Shown here piece after piece: positions 11,847-24,456 of a stretch of DNA of 64,000 nucleotides (the first letter of the stretch is position 1; each line of letters starts with the position of its first letter). The translations under genes and the position numbers were made by a program. The notes beneath the pieces are model-generated. The model was not told the origin of the DNA. It ran no database searches and worked only from the letters and a program-made list of their open reading frames with translations. Origin of the DNA: Bilabrum cf. latius. Lineage: Eukaryota. Location of the stretch: the NCBI GenBank assembly GCA_965178125.1, contig OZ237737.1:1426001-1490000 (forward strand). The letters are read 5' to 3'.

Positions 11847-14321
11847 ATGAGAAATACAATGAATGACATCAACCGAAGGCTAGTATCAACAACCATTTCT
11901 GTCGCGCGGGTCTGTCGAAGCCGACCGCCACTACCAGGCCCTCATATGCATCACCGCTCGCGGCATATCAATCAGGCGGATTGGTATGGAGTGAAACTTT
12001 TGGGAGTGTCCAATGGGAGCCAGTAGACGGTTGCTATGTACCGGGGTGGCACAGCTAGGCTGGCGGGCAAGGCAACGGACGGTGGGCGGGTGTCTGCGAG
12101 TGAGCAGATCGCCGCGTCCCAAGCTCCAACGATGCTGCGGCCTGACTATGAAAATAGGCAGCCTTCAACTGCGGCAGCTCGGCACACGCTGCTGGGAGTC
12201 CCAAACGACTTGCCGGTAATGGTGAAGCCTATTCTCGTTCGTCTTCCTCTGCCGCTCAGTCGGGACACATGGAGAAGGCTCCGCCACGCGTTAGGAGGCA
12301 TCATGAATGCCGAGATGAAAAATGATGACCGCCCTGGTATCACCGTCTCTGTGGTTCCGGCGGAATGGACGTGCCATTTGGCTTTCGCACTGCTCGCTCT
12401 GTCCTACCTGAGCTCCGACTTTGTCACGCTTCGTGGCCTTGCAGTCGCTGGCGCGGCGTCCAACATCTTGTTTTAGTTCTTCAGGCCCCAGCCGCTGTAC
12501 CTTCCCATGAAGTGGAACTTTGCGTTCCTGCTGATCAACCTGATTTTTGTCGCCATCCTGCTGTTCGAGGAGAGGCAGGCCTCGGCCGCCCTCGACTCGG
12601 AGCCGGAACTGCAGGCCGTCTTTGACAGCGTGTTCCGGCCTGCTGGCATGTCCATGCTGGACTTCAGGCGACTCATGTCCATCGCTAGGTGGCACGACGT
12701 GGAGCCTGGCGAGCAGCTGTGCACGGAAGGTCACCCGTCCTAGACGCTGTACCTGATCGTGAGGGGGAAGGCCTCTGTCGTCGTGAAACCTTCTCGAGCG
12801 TAGGCGCAGCAGCACAAGCAGCTAAAAGACACGCTCACGGATGACACGCAGGCCCTGGCAGGTGCTTCCCGGACGAGGCTTCTGGGTAGGGCGGTCCGTG
12901 ACATGGAGGCAAAGAAGAACGAGCACAAACAGCAGAAACAGTTAGCCAAGGGCGCGGCGGTGCGACACAGTGCCCTTGCTGTCGCGCCAGAGGAAATGCT
13001 TGTGGCTGTTGGTGGCGCGGGTAGTTTTGTATCGGAGATGTCTTTCCTGCGCGGCTTCGAGAAAGGATGGGAAGACCTGGCAAACTAGTCTGATCAATCC
13101 GTGCCTGCGGCTGACACCGATGTCACGGGCGACGCTGCGATGGATAAGGACGGTGACAGCGATGACATGGGAGACGAGAACACCATGAGGCACCTGCTCG
13201 CGGACTCGCAGGGCCAGGACGCGATCTCCTCCGATGCGTTCGAGACAACCTCGATGGGCATGGGCATGCGCGACATCAGGGCTAGGAGCGAGAAGACTGG
13301 CAGCGAGGCAGGTGCGCGACGAGACACAATGAGCAGCCCCGTGGCAGGCGCTGGCACGCCAGACAGTGACGAGTCAAACCAGAGGAGAAAGCGTCGTGGA
13401 GCCAGTGCCACGGTGCGTGCCTCATCGCAAGAGGATCTAAGGCAAGCCTATGACCTCGCGATCCACGTGGCACAGATCAAGCACCTTGAGTAGCTGTCTG
13501 CAGCTCTGCCTAAATTTGGTCAAGCCGGCGATGAGAGCCGCCGCGTTGACCACCATCCTCGGAAAGGGGTCGTCAAGAGGGGAGAGCGGCAGCACGACAC
13601 GAGGCTACGCGTGGTCAAGTGGGATTTCTCGGAGCTGCGGGCCGCAATGATGGCCAATCCTTCGCTTGATAGCGCTGTCCGTAGCGCCATTGGCCAGGAC
13701 TTGGTGCGTAAGGTAGAGACGCAAAAGTTTACCACCAGCAGGCGCGAGGAGCTCACAAACGGCGAGCTGCTTGAGGAGCAGGGCACTGTGGGTGGCGAGG
13801 AGCGGTTTGCTGCCGAGGTGAGGCAAGCAATCCGCCGGTCGAAGGAGGCGCAGAAAAAGCGGTTGCAAGCCAACCGTGCGAGAGCGCGGCACGCTGCAGC
13901 ATCGAAACGCAAGGCTAGTCAGCCAGTCGACGAAGCCAAGTCGGGCAAAGTCGGTCGCTCGCAGGAAATAGACGGCACCAGCGATGCCAACGCTGACCTA
14001 GGTCCCGTCCAAAATGCGAAGACTGCGAAAGGTGTTGATGGCCGGAAAAGATCGGGTCAAACACACACCGCAGACTAGGAGCAGGTAGAGGAGCGATCGC
14101 CAGCACCCCAGGGTGGCAGCTGGTCGAAACGGCGCCGCTTCGTTTTTGCGTTGGAGGGTGCCCTGCTGGATGGACAAGTGACCCAAGGGGAGCGGGAGGG
14201 GCTAGAGGAAATGCGTATTGATGCGCAGATATCGGAGGACGAGCACGAGCGGCTTCTGGAGTCGTTCGGTTGGACATACGGTGACTACAAGGCGGGGACA
14301 TCTGCGTCAGAACGTCAGTGA
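11847..14321 (+). CDS. Popeye-domain/cyclic-nucleotide-binding-like membrane protein (3 N-terminal TM helices, interrupted cNMP-like fold)
   Basis: In-frame fragments 12036, 12507, 12903, 13101 and 13611 are separated by TAG. TM segment HLAFALLALSYL...LRGLAV...ILF*FFRPQPLYLPMKWNFAFLLIN. cNMP-like strands VEPGEQLCTEG, LYLIVRGKA, GSFVSEMSFL and ASATVRA. C-terminal ALLDGQVT..ER...EHERLLESFGWT motif. Ends TGA 14319-14321. Start uncertain (11847, 12036 or 12303). Confidence 0.78.
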
Positions 14322-14323
14322 AT

Positions 14324-14460
14324 GATCCAAGCAACTGTAGACCGCATTGCGTGGGTACTGCTTGCTTGTCACCCATCTTTGTAACGAAGCTATAGCTAAG
14401 CTAGAATCTCAACGGATCAGCCAATAACGCAAATCTTGCGTGGGACCGAGAGCACCGCTT
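14324..14460 (+). repeat. 137-bp direct repeat, copy 1
   Basis: gatccaagcaactgtagaccgcatt...gcaccgctt aligns without gaps to 24219-24355, with about 13 mismatches (~90% identity by hand count). Confidence 0.93.
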
Positions 14461-15858
14461 CCACGCCGATTGTTGGTCCTTCTCCAGACGCTTTGGATGA
14501 GGTTCTAGACGTAGGCCGTGATTCGCCAAAGCCTTCCTTACCTTGCCCTTATCCTCGGAAGTACGACCAGCCCACTGGCAGTCACCAGAGTCCCACTCTG
14601 CCTGAAGACCGCGTGACTGCAGTGATGACTCTCGGCGAGACTTCTCCGTGGGGCTGCGGCTATTGTACCAGGCAGTTGCTGTTTGATCCTGTGGTTGAGC
14701 TCATCTGGGGTGAATGCCACTGCACGTCCGTTTTTCACGTCATCGTCCGTTCTTCGAACTCCTCACGGGCCAGTCCAGTCGCCATCACGGCTGTCTTGCT
14801 CGTGTAGCCGTTGTAGACTGCCCTGACGCCCAACTCATGGCCAGACTCGTGGTGTTCCATGGCAAGCACTGCTACGGCCGTCAGCGAGCCGCTCTTGCAC
14901 AGCATAGTGACGCCGTAGCCCAAGCCGACTAGCAATCATCACGCAGGCTAGGTCTTCCATCTACACTCGCCGATTCACCGGCGCCTAGCTGCTCCTAGGC
15001 CCTTGCACCCACCCTGGCCATAGCACACACAGATGTACCCCGCAAGACAGGCGCGACCTGACCCTCAAAGGCACGTACCCACCGCCGAAACCATAGTGTG
15101 GGGATCTGATATACTCAATTTCAAATGCGCACGTTATCGCGAAAGCACACTGGCACCCTACAAATTATTCTGGTATTCAGCAACGAGCAGCGTGGGAGAA
15201 AATGACCTTGAACACTCAAATTCATTAGCTACAACAACGCGACCACATCAACAGTCATAGATAGTAAAACTATGGTTGCATTAATTTCTATGAACAGTGG
15301 CGCAGGAAAAGGCCCATCCGTCCCTCAAGATATCGACGCAGGGCTGCAGATAGTTTGGGAAGCCACAGTGAAGGCTTGTAAGTGGACCACATTGTGTCTG
15401 TTTAGACATGCCGATTTGCTTGGCTGTAGGCTTTGCAAGGGTCCAATTCTGTCCCTATGCCACCCATACAACCACTTTATAGTTTTTTGATGAGAGCCCA
15501 GGATCTCCTTTGTGTAATCTTTTTGCCAGATGCTCGCAGTGAGGGAGCGAGTTGCAAAGGCCGCACAGGGGACCCATGACAACTCAAAGCTGTTGGTTGA
15601 CACCAAGAAACGCATGCAGACTGGCGAGAAGCACGGCAAAGGATTCGGTAGTCTCAACGAGCAGCGTGCTTCACCCAAACGGCAGCAGCGAAAAGTGCAA
15701 AGCGTGGGCATATGCACGTGAGATGAAAAGAAGATGCCCATAGACACACTAATGCATTATTCGGATAGAACGAAGTGCGCGTCGGAAAAGCATAGAATAT
15801 GTTCACTGACCAGATCCGAATGACATGACCTCGCAGATACTTTGTGTTACTAGTAGCG

Positions 15859-18800
15859 ATGGCTCTTCTCGGCTGCAGCGCTGCTACCGTCGTTAGCGGG
15901 GACATTACTACTAACACAACGTTTGGGCCAGTAGGAAGCCCATTTGATGTTCAATCTACCCTGCTGGTCCACTAGGGCGCCACGCTCACCATCAGTCCCG
16001 GCGTCGTGGTTCGCTACGATGGCCGGGGTGGTACGGATGAAGATGAAGGTGCCACGATCGTACTGAAAGGGAATCTGGTGGCTGAGGGAACCGAGCAGGA
16101 TCCCATTCGCTTCGAAGGGACCGCTGTCACTGCGGGCACGGGCACGTTCAATAGTCGCGAGACCGGCATCACCTTGCACAGGGGGGGAGATGGGCAGCAT
16201 GCCTTTGTTCGAGTCAAGCACGCAGAGTTTCGTGGTCTTTCTGTTGCTGTGAATGACAACTATGCGACGGGCCGTACAGTCACGTTCAGCAACTGCGTAT
16301 TCCAGCGCAATTGGGTCAGCTTCGCGGGCTATGGTGCTCGCACCACCATCACTGACAGCACCTTCAGCGAGCACGAGTGGTGCGCTGTGCGGAGCTCCTA
16401 CAGTACCATACGTAGGAGCTTGTTCAAGAACCAGGCATGTGGCATCTCGACCGAGTCAATCACAGTCAAGGACAGCGTGTTCATCAATCACACGCAGGTG
16501 GGCGTTGCTACGCGGGGCGTCGTGGAGCGATCCCTCTTCTTGGACAACACGCTTGCCGTGGGTCGATACAATGGAGGCGCATATGTGCGCAACTCAATAG
16601 TGTTGGGTGGCTCGCACGGTATCAAAGATGCGCGTGAGGTGTCTGGAGGCTGGTTGTGCGGGTAGAACACCTCACTTCTCACCATGGGCCGTGAATAGAG
16701 GCAACCTGTTGACATGGACCAAGTTTGGTATGGCACTCCCACGGATTCGCAAGAGGGTCAAGCCCTTGTTCGTCGTGGCATACTCGATACCTTCCATGAC
16801 TCCAGCTTGCAGCTGTTTAGGTTCATTCGGCCTACTGGAGCGGCGACTGCTTGGCCCCAGTCTCTGCAGTCATACTACAACCGGTACTCCCATCTCTGCG
16901 TAGCCCCGTCGTGGTCCCGCGTCGACCTCAGTAATCCTCCGAGTGGTGTTATCCTTCAAGACATGGTTTGGACTGCAGATGTGAACCTCACGAGAAGTGT
17001 GACGATTGGCTCCGGTGTCAACCTCACCATCAGTCCCGGCGTCGTGGTTCGCTACGATGGCCGGGGTGGTACGGATGAATATGAAGGTGTCACGATCGTA
17101 CTGAAAGGGAATCTGGTGGCTGAGGGAACCGAGCAGGATCCCATTCGCTTCGAAGGGACCGCTGTCACTGCGGGCACGGGCACGTTCAATAGTCGCGAGA
17201 CCGGCATCACCTTGCACAGGGGGGGAGATGGGCAGCATGCCTTTGTTCGAGTCAAGCACGCAGAGTTTCGTGGTCTTTCTGTTGCTGTGAATGACAACTA
17301 TGCGACGGGCCGTACAGTCACGTTCAGCAACTGCGTATTCCAGCGCAATTGGGTCAGCTTCGCGGGCTATGGTGCTCGCACCACCATCACTGACAGCACC
17401 TTCAGCGAGCACGAGTGGTGCGCTGTGCGGAGCTCCTACAGTACCATACGTAGGAGCTTGTTCAAGAACCAGGCATGTGGCATCTCGACCGAGTCAATCA
17501 CAGTCAAGGACAGCGTGTTCATCAATCACACGCAGGTGGGCGTTGCTACGCGGGGCGTCGTGGAGCGATCCCTCTTCGTGGACAACACGCTTGCCGTGGG
17601 TCGATACAATGGAGGCGCATATGTGCGCAACTCAATAGTGTTGGGTGGCTCGCACGGTATCAAAGATGCGCGTGAGGTGTCTGGAGGCTGGTTGTGCGGG
17701 TAGAACACCTCACTTCTCACCATGGGCCGTGAATAGAGGCAACCTGTTGACATGGACCAAGTTTGGTATGGCACTCCCACGGATTCGCAAGAGGGTCAAG
17801 CCCTTGTTCGTCGTGGCATACTCGATACCTTCCATGACTCCAGCTTGCAGCTGTTTAGGTTCATTCGGCCTACTGGAGCGGCGACTGCTTGGCCCCAGTC
17901 TCTGCAGTCGTACTACAACCGGTACTCCCATCTCTGCGTAGCCCCGTCGTGGTCCCGCGTCGACCTCAGTAATCCTCCGAGTGGTGTTATCCTTCAAGAC
18001 ATGGTTTGGACTGCAGATGTGAACCTCACGAGAAGTGTGACGATTGGCTCCGGTGTCAACCTCACCATCAGTCCCGGCGCCGTGGTTCGCTACGATGGCC
18101 GGGGTGGTACGGATGAATATGAAGGTGTCACGATCGTACTGAAAGGGAATCTGGTGGCTGAGGGAACCGAGCAGGATCCCATTCGCTTCGAAGGGACCGC
18201 TGTCACTGCGGGCACGGGCACGTTCAATAGTCGCGAGACCGGCATCACCTTGCACAGGGGGGGAGATGGGCAGCATGCCTTTGTTCGAGTCAAGCACGCA
18301 GAGTTTCGTGGTCTTTCTGTTGCTGTGAATGACAACTATGCGACGGGCCGTACAGTCACGTTCAGCAACTGCGTATTCCAGCGCAATTGGGTCAGCTTCG
18401 CGGGCTATGGTGCTCGCACCACCATCACTGACAGCACCTTCAGCGAGCACGAGTGGTGCGCTGTGCGGAGCTCCTACAGTACCATACGTAGGAGCTTGTT
18501 CAAGAACCAGGCATGTGGCATCTCGACCGAGTCAATCACAGTCAAGGACAGCGTGTTCATCAATCACACGCAGGTGGGCGTTGCTACGCGGGGCGTCGTG
18601 GAGCGATCCCTCTTCGTGGACAACACGCTTGCCGTGGGTCGATACAATGGAGGCGCAGATGTGCTTGAATCGACTGTTGTAGGCGGTGATGGCGTACTTC
18701 TTGAGGACAGTAGCTCTATCGTGGATTCGAACGTCTGTGGGTACCTCCACAACACATCAATTCGCATCTGGCGAAGTGAATCGCAGGGAGGACGAAACAT

Positions 18801-21800
18801 CCAGCGATCATGGCTCGGATCGGGCTCCATATCATAGGCATAGCTTCGTGTTCAACCAATAGCTCCAGTCTTCAGCCCGGCTAAATTGAGAGTTCGTCCA
18901 GCACCCCTTCATTCAGTTGCCATCGAATTAGCAGAACGCGCAAAGGTTGACTTGGAGCAGTATCCTTGCTTGTAGGACCCATGCCTTCCTAGCACGTCCT
19001 GCAGCTCACACGGTGTTTGTAATTCGTTTGGTGGCTGCAAGTGCATTGAAGGCTGGTCTGGCGTCGATTGCAGCGTGTGCCCATTCGACATGCTCGCCGA
19101 GTACGAGTGCAAGGTTCCTTGTGAGCAACTAGCCTCTTGCAGCGAATGTAGCATGCGATCCGACTGTGGTGTATGCCAGGTTACCTAGGATTCTCAGTTT
19201 GGAGGCGATAGCACACCCGTGTGTGTCAGTATTGCTAGGAGTACGAACGAAGGCAGTTGGAGCTGTGCCACAGTCATGCCGAACTGCTAGACAATGGCAG
19301 GCAGCACAGATGTGGTCTAGGGGGCTACTTTATCTGACGTGAGCAAATCTATTCTTCTACGATTCAATGGGAATACAGATGCTGCTGGGCATGGCCTTTC
19401 CAACTCGTTTGACTGCTTCGATGTAGTCGACCTACGATCGTACCAGTCCATTGGGCATGGGTCGAGCTGTGAATTTGTTGACTCCCAAACGCTAGAGATC
19501 GGTCTAGGAGTATCCTACTCGCACAACCTCTTCACTGAAGGGATCACGCTCTTTGCTGGGAGGATTCTAGTCGGTGGTGCTGCAATTGAGTAGTAGACAG
19601 TTCGCGTACCCCTCCCCGACAAGCTACCATCCACAAAGGCAGTTCTTGTTGCGCCAAGCACGCATCCCGCCTGTGCTGATCTCCTACTGGATGCTTCGTC
19701 CTCTATTGATGTGCTTGGCGAGATACAGTCAGCTTGGTGGAACTGCACTGGAATCCCTGGCTATGCTGACGGTTGCACTTTGGAGATATCACGCTTCCTC
19801 TGGGCTCAAAACGGACTCACTGTCGAGCTTCCAGCAAAATTTCTGGTTCATGGAACTCGTATTCGAGTATCAATTGAGATTGTCAATGCATGGGGCGTAT
19901 CGTCTGGACAGACTCAGGATATCCAACTAGTTCGAGATGCTCGGCTTGTGCCATTAATTCGGCAGCCAGTATCAACTATGCTGCCAACAGATGATATTAC
20001 CGTGATGGCAGCTTCAATTGGGTTCCAGGAATGCTCAACCACGCTAGAAACTGCGCCTCAGTATTTGAACGGACGATTGCTATACCGTTGGTTACTGTTC
20101 GATAATGCGAGTGGTATCGTTATCGCATCTAGCAGTCAGAAGTCGTTCGCAATCCAGCCGAAGCAAATCGCTAAGTCGCTAGGCAAGATCGATGGACCGC
20201 TTGCAGTCGTTCTAAATGTGTCTGCACCGCGCACAGAGGGGATAGAATCTGCCACAGCGCGAACCGAAGTTGAATTCTTGCATGCATCTGAGCAATCCAC
20301 GTGGTTGTTGGTTTAGCCACTCGCTGCGTCGGTTCCAGCAGCCTCTACGGCTGTATTTCGGGCAGGAATGAGGCCATGGAGGGCAATTCGGAGTACAACA
20401 GACCTGTAGTGTACCTGGTCTTGTCATGTCCATTAGTACTAGTCGACAGACAGAATCAACAGATTGTCGACACAAGACCCGCTGCACCGAGGCAACATGA
20501 CGTCATGCAACCCAATTATGAACAATTAGCTACGTCATGCTAGCAGTTCTGTTATCTCCCTCCGTATGAGTGCAGAGCATATTGGTGACTCGCTCGCTAT
20601 TTCTGCCTCATGTGCAGATTCAAGCCGCGGTTCCCCTAACCGAACCATGACTGGTAGCGCACGCGTACGAGTCTTGCCTGCGGCGAATATCGGGCGTACT
20701 CTACAAGCAGTGTCTCTCGCTGACATTGAAACGGACAAGTACACTGGTATTCTTACAGTTGCGCACAGTTCCCGATTCGAATTGTCTTCCTCGATCGATG
20801 CTCTTGCAAACACTACCAGTTCATTTGAGTGTTTGTGGGAAGCAGAATCTTGGGTTGATGGTAAATGGTCCCTACTACAGATTTAGCGCGACGACTGGGT
20901 TATACGATCGAGTCGCTGTACACTTACTATTGATGTGCCCGACACTGGGGTCTTCATGCGTGTGGTTTCTTTAATGACCCCGCTCGACGGAGAACCTCGC
21001 AATGCCACCCACCTTCATGCCGAGGCAAGATTCGATGCAGAGCTTGTCACCGTGTTGCGACTTGGATCGTCCCTATCAGCAGGAGAACTCGTTGTGCAAC
21101 CGCCGATTGGCAGTCCGCTTGACACTCGATTCAGGCTTCGCCTTCCAAGCCCAACTGCGCCATCGGTAGATGCGGTACGATACAGGTTTGGATTCTTGAC
21201 ACCATTTGGTGATGAGGTGGTACTTGGTGCTGGAGTGATGCAGACAGTCTCTGAGGCCGTTGTCATTGCCCCTTCTGGTTACTCCAGCTTAGAGGTGTGG
21301 GGGGAATGCAGTAGTATTGTGTCTGGGGAAACATCACGGGTTTCTCGCTCCGTTCAGCTGGCTGCGAGCCGTCCAGAGCTTGGAAATGCAGCCGGTCTGC
21401 GTACGTTTATCGAATCGATTGGCGCAGATCCAGTTGTTCGGGATGCTGCCATCACAGCAATCGCGTGGTCAATATTTGGCAGTGCTTCACAGTCTTTGAT
21501 AGGGTTGCACCCGGAGTCTGTTCCTCTTGCATCTTCCCAGCTGTTGCGCGAGATCCAAGAGCAGTCTAGCATTTTGGCATTTGAAGGGTCTTTTGTAAAC
21601 AGAATGGACCTATTTGCGCGACTTCAAGTAGCCTAGCACGAAAGCGGTGTTAATGCGGACAGTGGTCTTCGAGATGAGTCTGTGGCAGCAATACTGTACG
21701 GCGTTTAGACTGCGTTGGATGCTGTGGACAGGTCAAATTCCTCTTTGAGTGTCAAGGCACTGGAACGGGTGACTCTTGCGTTAGGGGCAGCAGGCAACGC

Positions 21801-23484
21801 CACCCGCGGCGTTTCGTTCGAAGCTGGTTTACAAGCACTTGACTAGATCGCAACCGCAGGGTATCTTGCAGGTAAAGGAGCTGCGGCTCTTCATCGCGAG
21901 TAGAGTGATGAGTTGGTTGCAGACCTCTACGGTGACGTTGCTCCTGCACAGCTGAGCTCCGTGAATACTACGAGGTCGTGGGAGCCGATTGAAACGAGAT
22001 CCACAGAAACACGCAGCGCTGTCGCGGTCCTCGTGGGTTCTGCCAGCTCACAGAACTCGTCCAATCAGCACGCGCTTCTATCGACGAACTTGACAAGTCT
22101 GAACTCTTCTGATGGAATGTTTTAGGTGAGTGTATCGACTCCGCTACTTCAAGCAAACGGGAGCGAGGAGATAGCTGTCGTGCAAGTCCATCCAATTGAT
22201 CCATCCGCACCGGTTCTAGCGGTGCCTGTTACCCCTATTGTTGACGTTTCATACTGGGGGGATGCCCGCAATGAGCGAAATATCACGTTTGAGATCCATG
22301 ATAACCTTTGGTCGGATCAACCTTTGCGTTTTTCACGTCGCCTTCAACAGGAGTATCCGACCGCAACGTGCGGCCGACGAGACAGGGCTAGTGGTATCTG
22401 GGATTCTAGCAGCTGCGTAACCACAAAATTCTTTGATTAGATTCGGTGTGAATGCACTGAAGCTGGTGATGTGAGGGCCAGCTTTGCGGTGATAGTCAGT
22501 CAGGGACAGTGCCAACCAGGGACATTCCTGGACAACGCACAGACCGAGTGCGCACTTTGCCCGCGCAACACGTATACTGCAACTAAAGGGGCTCGTTTCT
22601 GCGAAGACTGCCCTTTCGGCACTAGCACGACTTCTTAGGGATCTTCAAGTTGTTAGTCTCACTTGGAAGCTGTTATTTCAATCTTTGGGCTCCAGCTGGA
22701 GGTTTTAAACGCTACGAATGAGTTGAAACACAGCCAAGTACTTGGATCGATTCGTGATGCTATTGCGAATGTCGTCGGGATTAGTACTTCCGCAATAGAT
22801 GTGCTTGCTATTGTTTCTGGCGGATTAGTCTCTGAATAGGAACAAAGACGCTTGGCTGGGGCGCATGTCAGCTTCAGGCTTCGTATACGGGTAGGTGGTA
22901 CTGCAGAATCCAGTGATCTTGGAAACCGAGCGACGCAGGCAACAAGTGTACTGAGCCTTCCTCAATAGATTGCTACAATTCTTGGGGTGAGCAGTCAAAC
23001 GTGGTCTGTAGCAGTCTCCTTCATGTCGCCCTCAAGAGATTCTCACCCACCTTCGCCGGGGCCAACAACATCTCCCACGCCTTCGCCGCGGGCAAATGTA
23101 ACACAGCCTGAGGCCGGAACCCCGCCCCCAAACCCCTCAGTCGAGGCCGGAACCCCGCCCCCAAACCCCTCAGGCGAGGCCGGAACCCCGCCCCCAAACC
23201 CCATTGGAGAAACCGGTCAAGGCATCACGCCATCCTCAGGAGAGACTAAGTAGACTAGCTCGTTACGTTTGAGTACCTCTGCTATCATTGGAATCGCCAC
23301 AGGAGTTGGTCTTGTGTTAGTAGTTGCAGCGGTTGCGGGTGGACTGTACGTGGTCAAATGCTGTGGGGTTGCGGACAGTCAAGGTTCTCAGCAGGACGTC
23401 CATACCGGAGGCAAAAGCTCATCAACGACGCACAAGGGGAGCTAGCGCATTCAACGCGCCATTGTGCAAGCTGAAGCGGTGTAA
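15859..23484 (+). CDS. ~2,540-aa single-pass surface receptor/adhesin: tandem right-handed beta-helix repeats, EGF, PSI, REJ/PKD-like region, GPS-like motif, Cys-rich (TNFR/ephrin-like) repeat, Pro-rich stalk, TM helix
   Basis: One frame for 7.6 kb with about 31 in-frame TAG and no TAA/TGA until TAA 23482-23484. Motifs: GATLTISPGVVVRY..LKGNLVAEGTEQDPIRF; CSSHGVCNSFGGCKCIEGWSGVDC; CSECSMRSDCGVC; C...GIWDSSSC.....IRCEC; CQPGTF..CALCPRNTY; TM AIIGIATGVGLVLVVAAVAGGLYVV. The 5' end may include an upstream exon (15530-15717, intron 15718-15836). Confidence 0.85.
15985..18664 (+). repeat. Intragenic tandem repeat, 1,038-bp (346-codon) unit, ~2.6 copies
   Basis: Units start at 15985, 17023 and 18061. 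Only about 5 substitutions were seen between copies. Confidence 0.97.
23110..23202 (+). repeat. 33-bp coding minisatellite x3 (EAGTPPPNPSx)
   Basis: gaggccggaaccccgcccccaaacccc at 23110, 23143 and 23176, in the membrane-proximal stalk. Confidence 0.95.
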
Positions 23485-24218
23485 ACTATGGATCGAAGAC
23501 TCGAACATCAGACAAATCCTGTGAAGGTGTCCTACGGTCTGATTGGGCAGGTAGCAGGTCCAACAGCTGGAGAGGCGCCTGGAGAAGACGCAGCCAGGCA
23601 GGTGGCGCTCAGCTGCCCCACGACAGGGCCAGTCTTCGTGGGGAACATGCGGCAGATCGTCAAGGCGCAGGTGGTACGGACGCTCCGCAGCTTCTGTTCA
23701 AGAGAAGCTGCAAGCGAGGTACACGGTCACTCTATCCGCATTGCAGCATTCATAGTGCGTGAGGGGCTTGCACCTCTAAGGCTGAGGTCGCGCGCTGGAT
23801 ACTGGGCGCAGCGCTCGATCATGCGGGAGGCGCCTTTGGGGTCATCAGGCGATTTGGCAGGTGGAAGTCGGCATCTGCATGTGAGGTGTACTTGCGGGGC
23901 TTAAGGGAACGCTTGCCTCCTCTGGAGCTTGGTGGCAGGAGCCTCGATTTGAATAGGCCAGTCTTGGCACTGGCCAGCGCGCTGCAGCTGAACTTGGAGT
24001 AAGCCACAGCAGCAGCGTACAAGACATGGCGTAAAGGTTTGGCTGAGTATTGCACGTGCTCTTCCCAGCCCCGGTTAGTCCGGTCAAGGGTCGCGCACAG
24101 GCACAGCTTTGTCAGGTCTTGCCATGTCCGATTGATTTTGAGACTGGGTTGCGCGTTACGATTGATTGATTTTAAGACTAGGTTGCGCATACACTCTGGC
24201 ATCAGTGAACGATCCACA

Positions 24219-24355
24219 GATCCAAGCAACTGTAGACCGCATTTCATGTGCACGGCTTGCTTGTCACACATCTTGATATCGAAGCTGTAGCTAAGCTAGA
24301 ATCTCATCGGATCAGCCAAAAACGCAAATCTTGCGTGGGACCGAAAGCACCGCTT
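24219..24355 (+). repeat. 137-bp direct repeat, copy 2
   Basis: Matches 14324-14460. Both copies are preceded by tcagtgaa(t/c)gatcca. Confidence 0.93.
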
Positions 24356-24456
24356 GCGCGATGCTGCTCGCCCATACCGCAAGACTCGCGTGCCAGACCC
24401 CTTAAGACAAAGTCAATCTTGCTCCTGGGTACCATCTCGTCCCAGGGTTGACAACC

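Noticed and set aside
24130-24192. Short imperfect duplication gattgatttt(g/a)agact(g/a)ggttgcgc
   Set aside because: Only two ~27-bp copies next to the direct repeat; too little evidence to assign a function.
14324-24355. LTR retrotransposon or virophage/Polinton-like element
   Set aside because: No gag, RT, integrase, polB, capsid or packaging ATPase is recognisable, and there are no TG..CA termini or terminal inverted repeats. Kept only as an unexplained insertion.
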